From Lachnospiraceae bacterium (lineage in GTDB: Bacteria > Bacillota > Clostridia > Lachnospirales > Lachnospiraceae), in contig JAFSYI010000028.1 in assembly GCA_017450065.1 (NCBI GenBank), positions 1,172 to 65,171 of the forward strand: a stretch of 64,000 bases of DNA, given 5' to 3'. The translations under genes and the position numbers were made by a program. Below, in pieces: positions 1-8,653 of the stretch. Within the stretch, counting starts at the first letter, position 1; each line of letters starts with the position of its first letter. The notes under the pieces were generated by a model. It was not told the origin of the DNA, made no database searches, and saw nothing but the letters and a program-made list of their open reading frames with translations.

Positions 1-1511
1 CTTACAAAGCTCTGCTCAATGCTCCTGTATGAGTAGTCAATAGTTCCGTTCATCTGCGAGAGAACATGCTGTATCTGCTCTATCGTATTCCTGAACTGGT
101 TCTCCACTATCTGAAGATTATTATTTATAATATCGAAGGTATGGCCAACGTCTTCAGGCATGTCACGAGTAGTCTCACGTATCTCACTCAGCATCTGCTT
201 CTGGGCCTTCATTGATGCATCGCTCATCTGAAGGGATCCCTCCAGTGATCTTCTGTACTCTTCTATCTGAGCTATATAACGGTTAATACTGTCGATCACT
301 CTTCTGTCATCTTCCCTCTGTTTATTGAGTATGTCCACATTCGTATTAACCTGTCCCTGAAGCGTCTGCAGACGTTCGGTGTAGATCTTAAGCGCATCCG
401 CAACCTCTCCGGTCTTATCGGCTATGGCATCTATATTATCCGCAGTACTTATATTCTTCTCAAATATATCCTGCATCTGTTTTTCATTGTTGGACTGCAG
501 GACAAGAGTCTTATCTATAGTCTCAGACAGGGCTGTAAACATATTTCCGAACGAACGGTTCAGCTCATTTATGAATGCGTTAACAACCATCGAAAGCTGA
601 TCCATCTGGTTCTTGGTGGCTATGTTGGCAAATCCCGTGATCGTGTTATCAAGTCTGTCAAACTGTGGATCGAGCAGCTCGCTTAACCCGTTTGAAAGCA
701 GATGTGTCATATTCTGCGCCAGGCTTACGACCGCCTCCGTCTGCTGCTGTTGCATCTCCATCAACCGGTTAACACTGTCGGGCATTGCATCCGGCATTAC
801 ATATTTCTTATAGGCCGCGATAAAATCGCTTACAGCACATTCCGCATCATCAAGGACTCTCCTATATATCCAGTTAAACACCAAAGACAGTATCATTCCG
901 TAAATGGATGTATGAAATGCAACCTTGATACCTGCCATCAGGGGATCTATACTGTTTGTTATCTCTGTCGTCGAACCTGTATTAAAGCTCTGAAGACCGA
1001 TGGACAGTCCAATGAAGGTTCCCAGTATTCCAAGACCCGTCATCACACCGGCGACCTGGTTCATCCTGTTCCTGTGGATAACCGTATCAATTAGATTGAA
1101 ATTGATATACTCCTCTATATCACACTTATAATAAGGCCTTTCCATATTGAGGATGCGGTTTAATTCATAACGGTATCCCTTGAACTGCTCCTTCAGTATT
1201 TCGTCCTCAAACAGCTCTTCCTTCTCCTCTTTATATCTTTCCCAGAGAAATCGGTGAGTATGCTTTGCGTCATCATCAATCTTTTCTATGACACGGTTAA
1301 GGTCCCCGGTCATCTTCATGGCAGGCCTCAGACTCCCCGCATAAGCCGAAACAAGGATGGCACCGGCTATGAGAAGCATAATGACATTAACAATAAGATT
1401 GGCCATTCCCCCGGCCTGACCCTCAGAGAAAAGATTTAGCCAGATACAGACGGCAACAACCGCAATATATGTTATAAGGATCCATACCTCATATAATTTT
1501 CCGTTTCGCAT
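1..1511 (-). CDS. MotA/ExbB/TolQ-family proton-channel protein with a long C-terminal coiled coil (3' end cut by the window edge)
   Basis: Absent from the ORF track because no stop codon lies in the window. ATG at 1511 has AAGGAG 8 nt upstream. My translation (MRNGKLYEVWILITYIAVVAV...) stays open for 503 codons to the window edge. It has two N-terminal TM helices, then a MotA_ExbB-like TM pair (GVMTGLGILGTFIGL ... AFHTSIYGMILSLVFNW), then more than 250 aa of Q/E/N/L-rich heptad-like sequence. Confidence 0.6.
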   Translation of the reverse strand, partial: MRNGKLYEVWILITYIAVVAVCIWLNLFSEGQAGGMANLIVNVIMLLIAGAILVSAYAGSLRPAMKMTGDLNRVIEKIDDDAKHTHRFLWERYKEEKEELFEDEILKEQFKGYRYELNRILNMERPYYKCDIEEYINFNLIDTVIHRNRMNQVAGVMTGLGILGTFIGLSIGLQSFNTGSTTEITNSIDPLMAGIKVAFHTSIYGMILSLVFNWIYRRVLDDAECAVSDFIAAYKKYVMPDAMPDSVNRLMEMQQQQTEAVVSLAQNMTHLLSNGLSELLDPQFDRLDNTITGFANIATKNQMDQLSMVVNAFINELNRSFGNMFTALSETIDKTLVLQSNNEKQMQDIFEKNISTADNIDAIADKTGEVADALKIYTERLQTLQGQVNTNVDILNKQREDDRRVIDSINRYIAQIEEYRRSLEGSLQMSDASMKAQKQMLSEIRETTRDMPEDVGHTFDIINNNLQIVENQFRNTIEQIQHVLSQMNGTIDYSYRSIEQSFV

Positions 1512-1649
1512 AACAACTGCTCCTTGTGTGGATTTATTTTCAGACTCACTGTTTTCATTGTAGCAACAATCACCTTATATAACAAGTAAAATATGTATTC
1601 CATCAGGCATATATTACTATGTGATAAAATCTGTTTTTGTCACCATAGC

Positions 1650-1678
1650 TTGACTTTATGACAATCCTATGCTAATAT
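1650..1678 (+). promoter_or_regulatory. Sigma-A-type promoter for the 134-aa ORF
   Basis: TTGACT (1650-1655), 17-nt spacer, TAATAT (1673-1678). AGAGGGA RBS lies before the ATG at 1742. Confidence 0.4.
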
Positions 1679-1741
1679 ACTCCGCGGGAGAGAGCATGAC
1701 GCTGGTCATGTAATAAATAATTATTAGAGGGATTTATTCAT

Positions 1742-2146
1742 ATGTTTACAAGAAAAGAGCTTGCGTATTTCAATGAATGCAGGCATGTTTACCCGTGGAT
1801 AGGTAACTGCGCGGTCTCATCCGGTCTTATCCTGATCACCGATAATATGTTTAATAAGGAATGGCGTTTCTTCAAGTATTCTCTTGAAGGAACGGATTAT
1901 TATGTAATAAAGAACCGCCCTGATGATGACGGACGGTTTATTCTGTGTACTGTGGAATCCTTCGACATGGCAATATATGCCCTGGAAAAAATACTGTGGA
2001 ACAAAGCCTCATCTGAGCAGCCGGATCTTAGCAGGATTCCGCTTGAATATGTGCTGTCGGCACCCGTAAGGCTGAATATGAGAAACATGTCGACCCTGTT
2101 TTTATGCAATATCCTTCCGTTCAAGACATGCGCCGGAGGAATTTAA
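1742..2146 (+). CDS. Hypothetical protein (134 aa)
   Basis: ORF with a good promoter and RBS. I recognise no family. Confidence 0.5.
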   Translation: MFTRKELAYFNECRHVYPWIGNCAVSSGLILITDNMFNKEWRFFKYSLEGTDYYVIKNRPDDDGRFILCTVESFDMAIYALEKILWNKASSEQPDLSRIPLEYVLSAPVRLNMRNMSTLFLCNILPFKTCAGGI

Positions 2147-2153
2147 TCACGGT

Positions 2154-3275
2154 TTAATAACCTGTTCTTCTCTTTTCAAGCCACGGCAGCAGATATGTGC
2201 TGTAGATCAGATCGATTATGGCTACTATGGGAATGGCCAAAAGGATTCCCGTTACGCCGAACATATTGCCGCCCACAACTATTCCGACCAGTACCCACAG
2301 ACCGGATACCCCAAGCGAACTGCCAAACAGCCTGGGCTTGAGTACATATCCGTCAAGCAGCTGTTCCACCGCAAAGAAAATGATGAAAACAAGAGCATGT
2401 GAGGGCTTGACCATAAGCAGCACAAACGCGCCGATAACTGTTCCGATGATGGGACCGACGGTCGGTATGAAATTGGTTATCCCCACAACAAAAGCTACAA
2501 GACCGGCATACTCCATACCGGCTATGCTCATGAATACAGCCGTCACGATACCCACTATAAAGCTGTCTATTATATTAAACACGATATATCTGTTGAAAAT
2601 ATCATCACATTTACGCAGGAACTTTTTTACCTCTTCATAATGATCCTGACGGAAAACCGCCCTAAGCAGCCTGTGTAAGCCCGTCTTTAGCTTTTCCTTT
2701 TCCGCAAGCATGTATATGGACAGGAAAAATGCTATCAGCCAATGTACGATGTTCTTTCCTGCATTGGTGGATATATCCACAATATTAGTCATATTATCGC
2801 TTACGAAATTTACTATATAGCTCATTATGTTTTCAGATGAACCGATAAAATTCTTAAAATCAAGCTTCAGTCCCGGTAACGAAAGCCTGTCAAGCATTGT
2901 ACTTAAAGAATTCACATATTCATCGAAATGACTTGCAAATGTCTGGGCACTTTCAACAAGCTGAGGCGCCAGTACGTAAACAGCAAATGAGATAAACAGA
3001 AGAACACATATAAATGCAAGCGTATTGGCAAGGAGGTTCTTCCTCTGTTCCGATTTAATCTTTTTAAAAACGGTTCTCTTAAACCATTTGGCCAGCGGAT
3101 TGATGACATAGGCTATTATACAGCCGAATAATACGGGTCTGAAAAAACCAAAGAAGGATTTAAGCGCACCAAGAACGCTGCCCAGATTGGAAAGGGCAAC
3201 AAACAGCGTAACCGCAATACATGCAGCTACCGTATACGGATACCATGGTGCATCTTTTATAGATCTCTTCCTCAT
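2154..3275 (-). CDS. AI-2E family transporter (PerM/UPF0118-type permease)
   Basis: 373 aa, multi-TM. The C-terminal stretch GLWVLVGIVVGGNMFGVTGILLAIPIVAII is typical of AI-2E transporters. Confidence 0.85.
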   Translation of the reverse strand: MRKRSIKDAPWYPYTVAACIAVTLFVALSNLGSVLGALKSFFGFFRPVLFGCIIAYVINPLAKWFKRTVFKKIKSEQRKNLLANTLAFICVLLFISFAVYVLAPQLVESAQTFASHFDEYVNSLSTMLDRLSLPGLKLDFKNFIGSSENIMSYIVNFVSDNMTNIVDISTNAGKNIVHWLIAFFLSIYMLAEKEKLKTGLHRLLRAVFRQDHYEEVKKFLRKCDDIFNRYIVFNIIDSFIVGIVTAVFMSIAGMEYAGLVAFVVGITNFIPTVGPIIGTVIGAFVLLMVKPSHALVFIIFFAVEQLLDGYVLKPRLFGSSLGVSGLWVLVGIVVGGNMFGVTGILLAIPIVAIIDLIYSTYLLPWLEKRRTGY

Positions 3276-3311
3276 TTCTTTTTCCTCTTCCGGCTCATGT
3301 CATAAGCCTGC

Positions 3312-4808
3312 TTACTCAATCTTCGGAACTCTGCTGTACAGCTCGGTCAGACCTCTTATACTTGAACACAGCTCATTTGACAGGAAATTGGGACGCAGTC
3401 TCCATTCCCAGTTACCCTCGGCAGTCCCCGGCGTATTGATCCTTGCTTCCTTTCCGAAGCACAGATAATCCTGAAGGGGTATTATACACAGATCGGCAAC
3501 AGAACGGTATGCTTCTCTTATTATATCCCAAACCAGTGCACCGTAATCCGTATTCATCGAATTAACGTATCTTCTGCAGAAATCCCTCTCTCCCTCATTT
3601 ATCTCCTCCACCCAGGCACGTGTCGGAGTATTGTCATGGGTTCCCGTGTATACAACACAGTTATTGATATGCCTGTGGTTCACATAGCAGCTGTCCCAGC
3701 TCGTGAAGCCGTACTGAAGCACCTTCATTCCCGGGAATCCCGATTCCTTAAGAAGAGCCTCATTCTCCTTGGTATTGTTTCCAAGATCCTCCGCTATTAT
3801 CCTAAGCTCTCCGAGCTTTTCCTTAAGCGCGTTGAAAAGATCCATTCCCGGTCCCTTATACAGCTTACCGTTCTCGGCTGTTTTGTCACCGTAGGGTACT
3901 GCATAGTATTCACAGAACCCATGAAAATGGTCTATCCTTATAACATCATAGAATTCGTAATTTCTTCTTATTCTGTCTACCCACCAGTCATATCCGGATT
4001 TCTTCTGCATTGCCCAGTCATAGATGGGATTGCCCCAGAGCTGGCCTGTCCTTGAGAATGCATCGGGTGCACATCCTGCAACAACCTTCGGCTTAAGCTC
4101 CTTATCCATAAGAAATACCTCCGGATGTGCCCAGCAGTCGGCACTGTCTAAGGATACATAGAACGGCAGGTCTCCTATTATCTTAACATTCTTCCCGCCT
4201 GCATATTCGCGCAGCTTATTCCACTGCTTGTCGAACTCATACTGTTCGAAATATACAAGCCCTATCTCATCCTTTAACTCTTTACGTATCTTATCAAGCG
4301 CTGTTTTCTTACGCTTCTTAAGATCATCCTCCCATTCCGTCCATGGTGCACCCTCAAGCTTATGCTTTATTGCGGTAAACAGCGCATAATCCTCAAGCCA
4401 TCCATTTTCCTTCTTAATAAATGACTTCAGCTCCTTATCTTCTTTTCCTGCTTCAGTGAAACGTTCATAAGCCTTCTTCAGCAGCGTACCCCTGTTATTA
4501 TACTGTGCTCCGTAATCCACTTTGGTCTCATCGCTGCCAAAATCCATTGCGTTACATTCATCCCATGTAAGCAGACCTTCCTCTATCAGGGTTTCAAGCG
4601 AAATAAAGTAGGGATTCCCGGCAAAGGCCGAAAAGGGCTGGTACGGTGAATCGCCGTATCCCGTAGGACCTACCGGCAGTATCTGCCAGTACCCCTGTGC
4701 CGCATCATGTAAAAAATCAACAAATTCAAATGCCTCCCTTGAAAAACTTCCGATACCGAACTTTGAAGGGATTGAAAAAACAGGGAATAATACTCCGCTC
4801 TCTCTCAT
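3312..4808 (-). CDS. malQ: 4-alpha-glucanotransferase (amylomaltase, GH77)
   Basis: 498 aa. N-terminus GVLFPVFSIPSKFGIGSF...YWQILPVGPTGYGDSPYQ is the MalQ signature. GAGGTG RBS. Confidence 0.9.
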   Translation of the reverse strand: MRESGVLFPVFSIPSKFGIGSFSREAFEFVDFLHDAAQGYWQILPVGPTGYGDSPYQPFSAFAGNPYFISLETLIEEGLLTWDECNAMDFGSDETKVDYGAQYNNRGTLLKKAYERFTEAGKEDKELKSFIKKENGWLEDYALFTAIKHKLEGAPWTEWEDDLKKRKKTALDKIRKELKDEIGLVYFEQYEFDKQWNKLREYAGGKNVKIIGDLPFYVSLDSADCWAHPEVFLMDKELKPKVVAGCAPDAFSRTGQLWGNPIYDWAMQKKSGYDWWVDRIRRNYEFYDVIRIDHFHGFCEYYAVPYGDKTAENGKLYKGPGMDLFNALKEKLGELRIIAEDLGNNTKENEALLKESGFPGMKVLQYGFTSWDSCYVNHRHINNCVVYTGTHDNTPTRAWVEEINEGERDFCRRYVNSMNTDYGALVWDIIREAYRSVADLCIIPLQDYLCFGKEARINTPGTAEGNWEWRLRPNFLSNELCSSIRGLTELYSRVPKIE

Positions 4809-4866
4809 TACTTATACACCTCAGTTTCATATATTCTGGAATTCCCGTAACTATTCAAAATGAAGA

Positions 4867-6183
4867 TCACAGCTCTTTTTTTTGCTGATATACCAGGTAA
4901 TTTATAAACTGCTGGGCTGTTCTTCCCGAAATGCCTCCATGCGACATTTCCCACCTCATCGCTTCCTTTCTCAATGCTTCCTCATCCATATGAATACCCG
5001 CCCTATCAGCCAGGGTCACAACAATGTTTTCATACTCCTTTGGCATTGGTTTGGAGAATCCTATCGTAATACCGAATCTGTTAACCAGTGACAGTTTCTC
5101 TTCCACGGTATCCGAATGATGGATATCATCCGAATTCGTATGATCATCCTTGTCATTCCATGTTTCTTTGATAAGGTGTCTCCTGTTGGATGTGGCATAG
5201 ATAAGTATATTATCGGGCCTCGTTTCCACTCCGCCTTCGATCACGGCCTTAAGGTACTTATATTCTATCTCATTCTCTTCAAAAGAAAGATCATCCATGT
5301 AGATGATGAATTTATAATTTCTGTTTTTTATCGACGATATGATCGTAGAAAGATATTTAAACTGATGCTTGTAGATCTCTATCATCCGGAGGCCTCTGTC
5401 ATAATACTGATTGATTATAGCCTTGACACTGGTCGATTTACCGGTTCCGCTGTCACCGAAAAGCAATACATTGTTGGCCTTGCTTCCGCTGACGAATGCC
5501 TCGGTATTCTCTGTAAGCTTCTTCTTTTGAATTTCGTAACCCACAAGATCATCAAGCGTTACTACGTCCATGTTGTTGATCGCAATAAAATCGATCCCGC
5601 CGGACGCGTTTTCCGCGATCCTGAAGGCTTTGTTTAATCCGAATAAACCTACTCCGTAATCACGATAGAAATCCGTCACCGCCTTATAGAAGGAATCTTC
5701 ATCCTTAGCCTTCTCCAGCTGCTCTGACAGAGCCTGAACCTTCTCGCTTACATTCCAGTTATATATTTTCTTGTTTTTCTTTACTGCCTGATAATTATTC
5801 AGAATAGAGAAGCAGTTTACTCCAAGCTTATTCTCGACCTCCGAAAAATCATAAAAGAATAATTTCCTGATCCTGGCAAAGTCATCCTTAACGATCGTAG
5901 TAACGGTGCCTTCACTGATCACGCTTTTCTCACATACGAGTGAAAAAGGATTTTCGCTCATCATAAGGAAAAAGGTAATATAATTATGCCACAGATTCTT
6001 ATCAAAGCCGTAATCCGTTGCCAGAACAAGAAGCCTCTTTAACTGTTCTTTTATATCCCTTACAACCTTGGATTTATTATAGTCACCTGTTTCGATTATT
6101 TCAAATATCTCTCCCAATCTGCTCAGGATACTGTTTTCATCCAGTCCTCCATACATGAACAGCTCAGCTATTTCCCGGTTCAT
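4867..6183 (-). CDS. DUF815-family AAA-type ATP-binding protein
   Basis: 438 aa. Walker A is LLFGDSGTGKSTSVKA, followed by FIIYMDDLSF (Walker B-like). Length and layout match DUF815/COG2607. Confidence 0.8.
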   Translation of the reverse strand: MNREIAELFMYGGLDENSILSRLGEIFEIIETGDYNKSKVVRDIKEQLKRLLVLATDYGFDKNLWHNYITFFLMMSENPFSLVCEKSVISEGTVTTIVKDDFARIRKLFFYDFSEVENKLGVNCFSILNNYQAVKKNKKIYNWNVSEKVQALSEQLEKAKDEDSFYKAVTDFYRDYGVGLFGLNKAFRIAENASGGIDFIAINNMDVVTLDDLVGYEIQKKKLTENTEAFVSGSKANNVLLFGDSGTGKSTSVKAIINQYYDRGLRMIEIYKHQFKYLSTIISSIKNRNYKFIIYMDDLSFEENEIEYKYLKAVIEGGVETRPDNILIYATSNRRHLIKETWNDKDDHTNSDDIHHSDTVEEKLSLVNRFGITIGFSKPMPKEYENIVVTLADRAGIHMDEEALRKEAMRWEMSHGGISGRTAQQFINYLVYQQKKEL

Positions 6184-6246
6184 TAACGATCCTCTCTTAT
6201 ACGATATGTATTATTCTCTTTCCGGAAGTGTCCTTTTGGCTTATCC

Positions 6247-7179
6247 CTAAGTAAACGAGATTACCTCCTCCCTGGGTTTTCCCGTTGGTTCGATACTTAT
6301 AGCCTGTAAGACCGGCCCTTCCTTGCCGTAGTCGTCGAAGTACTCGATGTTTACTTTGGCCTTTACCTTTATATACTGCCGGTTGACAAGTTCATCTTCC
6401 TTATCATATTTGCATGCATATCCGAGGAATGCTATATCTTCGGCACAGCAGGTCATTGCCATCCTTCCGGGAACGAAATAACCCTTGGGGAACTGCGGCG
6501 GATGAAGCACCATACCTGTATATTCAATGGTACGTCCCTTATATCTGTCCATGTTATCAAGGGCATCAAGATACCATACTCCGTATCCCGTATCATCAAG
6601 CACTATAGAATCCTTCGTAAGATCGTAAGGCAGATCCTCTTCAAGGGTCACATTCATCTCTCCGTCCTTATTCTCAAAGATGATATCTGCCTGCTGATTC
6701 AGAGCCTTGATATTTCTCTTATATGAAGCGATCTTTTCATCCAGCCCGTCACAACGGTTCATTATTATAAGCTCCGAGCCTCTTATCTGTTCTGCCAGCA
6801 GTGACTTCATATTGGTGAAGTATGATTCGAAGGTAGCGCCGTTTATCATAGTGATCTGCTGTTCAACCTTCCAGGTCCATGGCAGCTTATGGTTCTTAAG
6901 TATCCACATTCCGTTGAACTCGATGACAATACGGCCGGGCTTGTACTTCTTCTCAAGCTCTGAAAGCTTCTTTGTCGTAAAATCATCTTCATCATCGATA
7001 ACTTCCATTATGGTCCGGGTTCTTTCAAGAACCTTAGGCTCATATTCCTTCTCTCCTTCCTCGCAGACGATAAGAAGCGTAGTCTGCCGGCTCTGGAAAT
7101 AGGGCTGTGTTATCGTATAATTTATGAAGTCGGTTTTTCCGCTGTCTAGAAAACCGTTGATTATAAATACTGAGGTCAT
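6247..7179 (-). CDS. CobW-like GTPase domain without the CxCC motif, fused to a C-terminal domain containing CCAED
   Basis: Likely start is the ATG at 7179, with GGGAGG 6 nt upstream; the ORF-track start at 7200 is a TTG. Walker A GFLDSGKT is present. LLIVCEEGE sits where the CxCC motif would be. The C-terminus has MTCCAEDIAFLG. Confidence 0.6.
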   Translation of the reverse strand: MTSVFIINGFLDSGKTDFINYTITQPYFQSRQTTLLIVCEEGEKEYEPKVLERTRTIMEVIDDEDDFTTKKLSELEKKYKPGRIVIEFNGMWILKNHKLPWTWKVEQQITMINGATFESYFTNMKSLLAEQIRGSELIIMNRCDGLDEKIASYKRNIKALNQQADIIFENKDGEMNVTLEEDLPYDLTKDSIVLDDTGYGVWYLDALDNMDRYKGRTIEYTGMVLHPPQFPKGYFVPGRMAMTCCAEDIAFLGYACKYDKEDELVNRQYIKVKAKVNIEYFDDYGKEGPVLQAISIEPTGKPREEVISFT

Positions 7180-7248
7180 ATCTGCCTCCCTGAATTCCAA
7201 AATTCCATGTTATAAGAGCCTTTGATGATCCTTTGATCCCTCCGGCAT

Positions 7249-8373
7249 TTACTTAAACAGCTCTCTGATGGCGTCTTCCTTAAGCTCCGATCCTATTACA
7301 CAGATCTTACCGGTAACCTCTGCCGCTCCGTCCCTTACCTCACACTCACCGGGCACGTAATCAAAGTGGATAAACCTGTCGCCCTCTGTAGGAAGCATAC
7401 CCTTGCAGCGAAGTATGGTTCCGTATTTGGATGTATCGTCAAGCTCTTCAAGACATTCCTCAACCTTATCCTTGGTGTATTTGGTAGATGTCTCAATACC
7501 GATGGATGTAAATACCTCATCCGCATCATGGTGGTGATGGTCGTGATCGTGATGGTGATGATCGTGATCGTCGTGATGATGGTCATGGTCGTGATCGTGA
7601 TCGTCGTGATGATGGTCATGGTCGTGGTCATGATCGTCATGATGATGGTCGTGGTCATGATCGTCATGATGATGGTCGTGGTCATGATCGTCATGATGAT
7701 GGTCGTGGTCATGATGATGATGTTCGTGTTCATCATGCATCTCCATGACTTCTTTCAGGAGCTCTGCCTCAAGATCCTTGGCATCCTCAATGGTCTCCAG
7801 TATCTTGCTTCCCTCAAGCATATCCCAGGGTGTTGTGATTATTGTTGCTTTGGGATTATGCTCCCTTATAAGAGCAACACAGGCATTTACCTTCTCATCC
7901 GTCATATTGCCGGTACGGCTCAGGATTATTGTTCCCGCATGCTCTATCTGATTCTCAAAGAACTCGCCGAAATTACGCAGATACGGCTTGCATTTCTTGG
8001 CATCAACCACTGCTACGGCACTGTTAAGATGAACACCCAAAGCTCCGGTTGATCCTTCAACTGCCTTCATAACATCCGACAGCTTACCTACACCCGAAGG
8101 CTCGATCAGTATCCTGTCAGGACTGTATTTATCAAGTACCTCTTTAAGCGCCGTTCCGAAATCACCGACCAGTGAACAGCAGATACAGCCTGAATTCATC
8201 TCGTTTATAACTATTCCTGCCTCTTTGAGAAAGCCTCCGTCTATACCTATCTCTCCGAACTCATTCTCAATAAGTACCACCTGCTCTCCTGAAAGTGCTT
8301 CTTTAAGAAGCTTCTTGATAAGAGTTGTTTTTCCTGCTCCCAAAAAACCGGATACAATATCAATCTTTGTCAT
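7249..8373 (-). CDS. COG0523/CobW-family GTPase metallochaperone with a His/Asp-rich insert
   Basis: GFLGAGKTT P-loop and GCICCS metal motif. The insert is about 70 aa (HDEHEHHHHDHDHHHDDHDHD...). Likely start is the ATG at 8373, after GAGAGGTGA; the ORF-track start at 8382 is the GTG inside that SD sequence. Confidence 0.85.
   Translation of the reverse strand: MTKIDIVSGFLGAGKTTLIKKLLKEALSGEQVVLIENEFGEIGIDGGFLKEAGIVINEMNSGCICCSLVGDFGTALKEVLDKYSPDRILIEPSGVGKLSDVMKAVEGSTGALGVHLNSAVAVVDAKKCKPYLRNFGEFFENQIEHAGTIILSRTGNMTDEKVNACVALIREHNPKATIITTPWDMLEGSKILETIEDAKDLEAELLKEVMEMHDEHEHHHHDHDHHHDDHDHDHHHDDHDHDHHHDDHDHDHDHHHDDHDHDHDHHHDDHDHHHHDHDHHHHDADEVFTSIGIETSTKYTKDKVEECLEELDDTSKYGTILRCKGMLPTEGDRFIHFDYVPGECEVRDGAAEVTGKICVIGSELKEDAIRELFK
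7525..7737 (-). repeat. In-frame tandem repeat encoding the His/Asp-rich tract
   Basis: The 27-bp unit gtcgtggtcatgatcgtcatgatgatg is repeated perfectly three times (7621-7701). Degenerate 27- and 33-bp variants lie on both sides. Confidence 0.9.
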
Positions 8374-8450
8374 TTCTGTCACCTCTCTATTATCTGTAAC
8401 CTATGTGTAATATACTCAGGGAGCGGGCTTACCCCGTCCTGAATTGAAAC

Positions 8451-8485
8451 TATAGTAAACGAAATAAATAATTTCGTTCACTATA
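8451..8485. promoter_or_regulatory. Palindrome with 15-bp arms upstream of the COG0523 operon (candidate metalloregulator operator, or a hairpin)
   Basis: TATAGTAAACGAAAT-aaata-ATTTCGTTCACTATA; 14 of 15 arm positions are complementary. It lies 78-112 nt upstream of the 8373 start. Confidence 0.45.
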
Positions 8486-8525
8486 AAATAACCGCCTGGT
8501 TTCTCAGACGGGGCGGTTATTTTTC
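8486..8525 (-). terminator. Rho-independent terminator after the aminotransferase gene (possibly bidirectional)
   Basis: 9-bp stem ATAACCGCC (8488-8496) pairs with GGCGGTTAT (8512-8520). T/A runs flank it on both sides. Confidence 0.6.
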
Positions 8526-8653
8526 ATCTTGTAAAATAATGCTGCAATTGCCAATAGCATAAGTGTATATGTAATAGCCGCTCCGTGCATTATCTTATCA
8601 TGTAAATATCTGAATTTCAAGAACAAACTTTCGATTCCGCTTAGGGTTAACCA

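Noticed and set aside
4867-6183. I considered whether the stand-alone DUF815 AAA ATPase is a defence or mobile-element ATPase.
   Set aside because: It is a single gene between malQ and the metallochaperone operon, with no nuclease, methylase or other partner. DUF815 is a widespread housekeeping-type family.
7525-7737. I considered whether the regular 27-bp repeats could be a CRISPR-like array.
   Set aside because: There are no unique spacers. The repeats are contiguous, in frame and inside a CDS, and no cas genes are present.
7335-8052. ORFs 7335-7736 (minus) and 7366-8052 (plus) encode M/T/I/V-rich repeats.
   Set aside because: They are alternate-frame and antisense readings of the His/Asp tandem repeat inside the COG0523 gene, so they are repeat artefacts.
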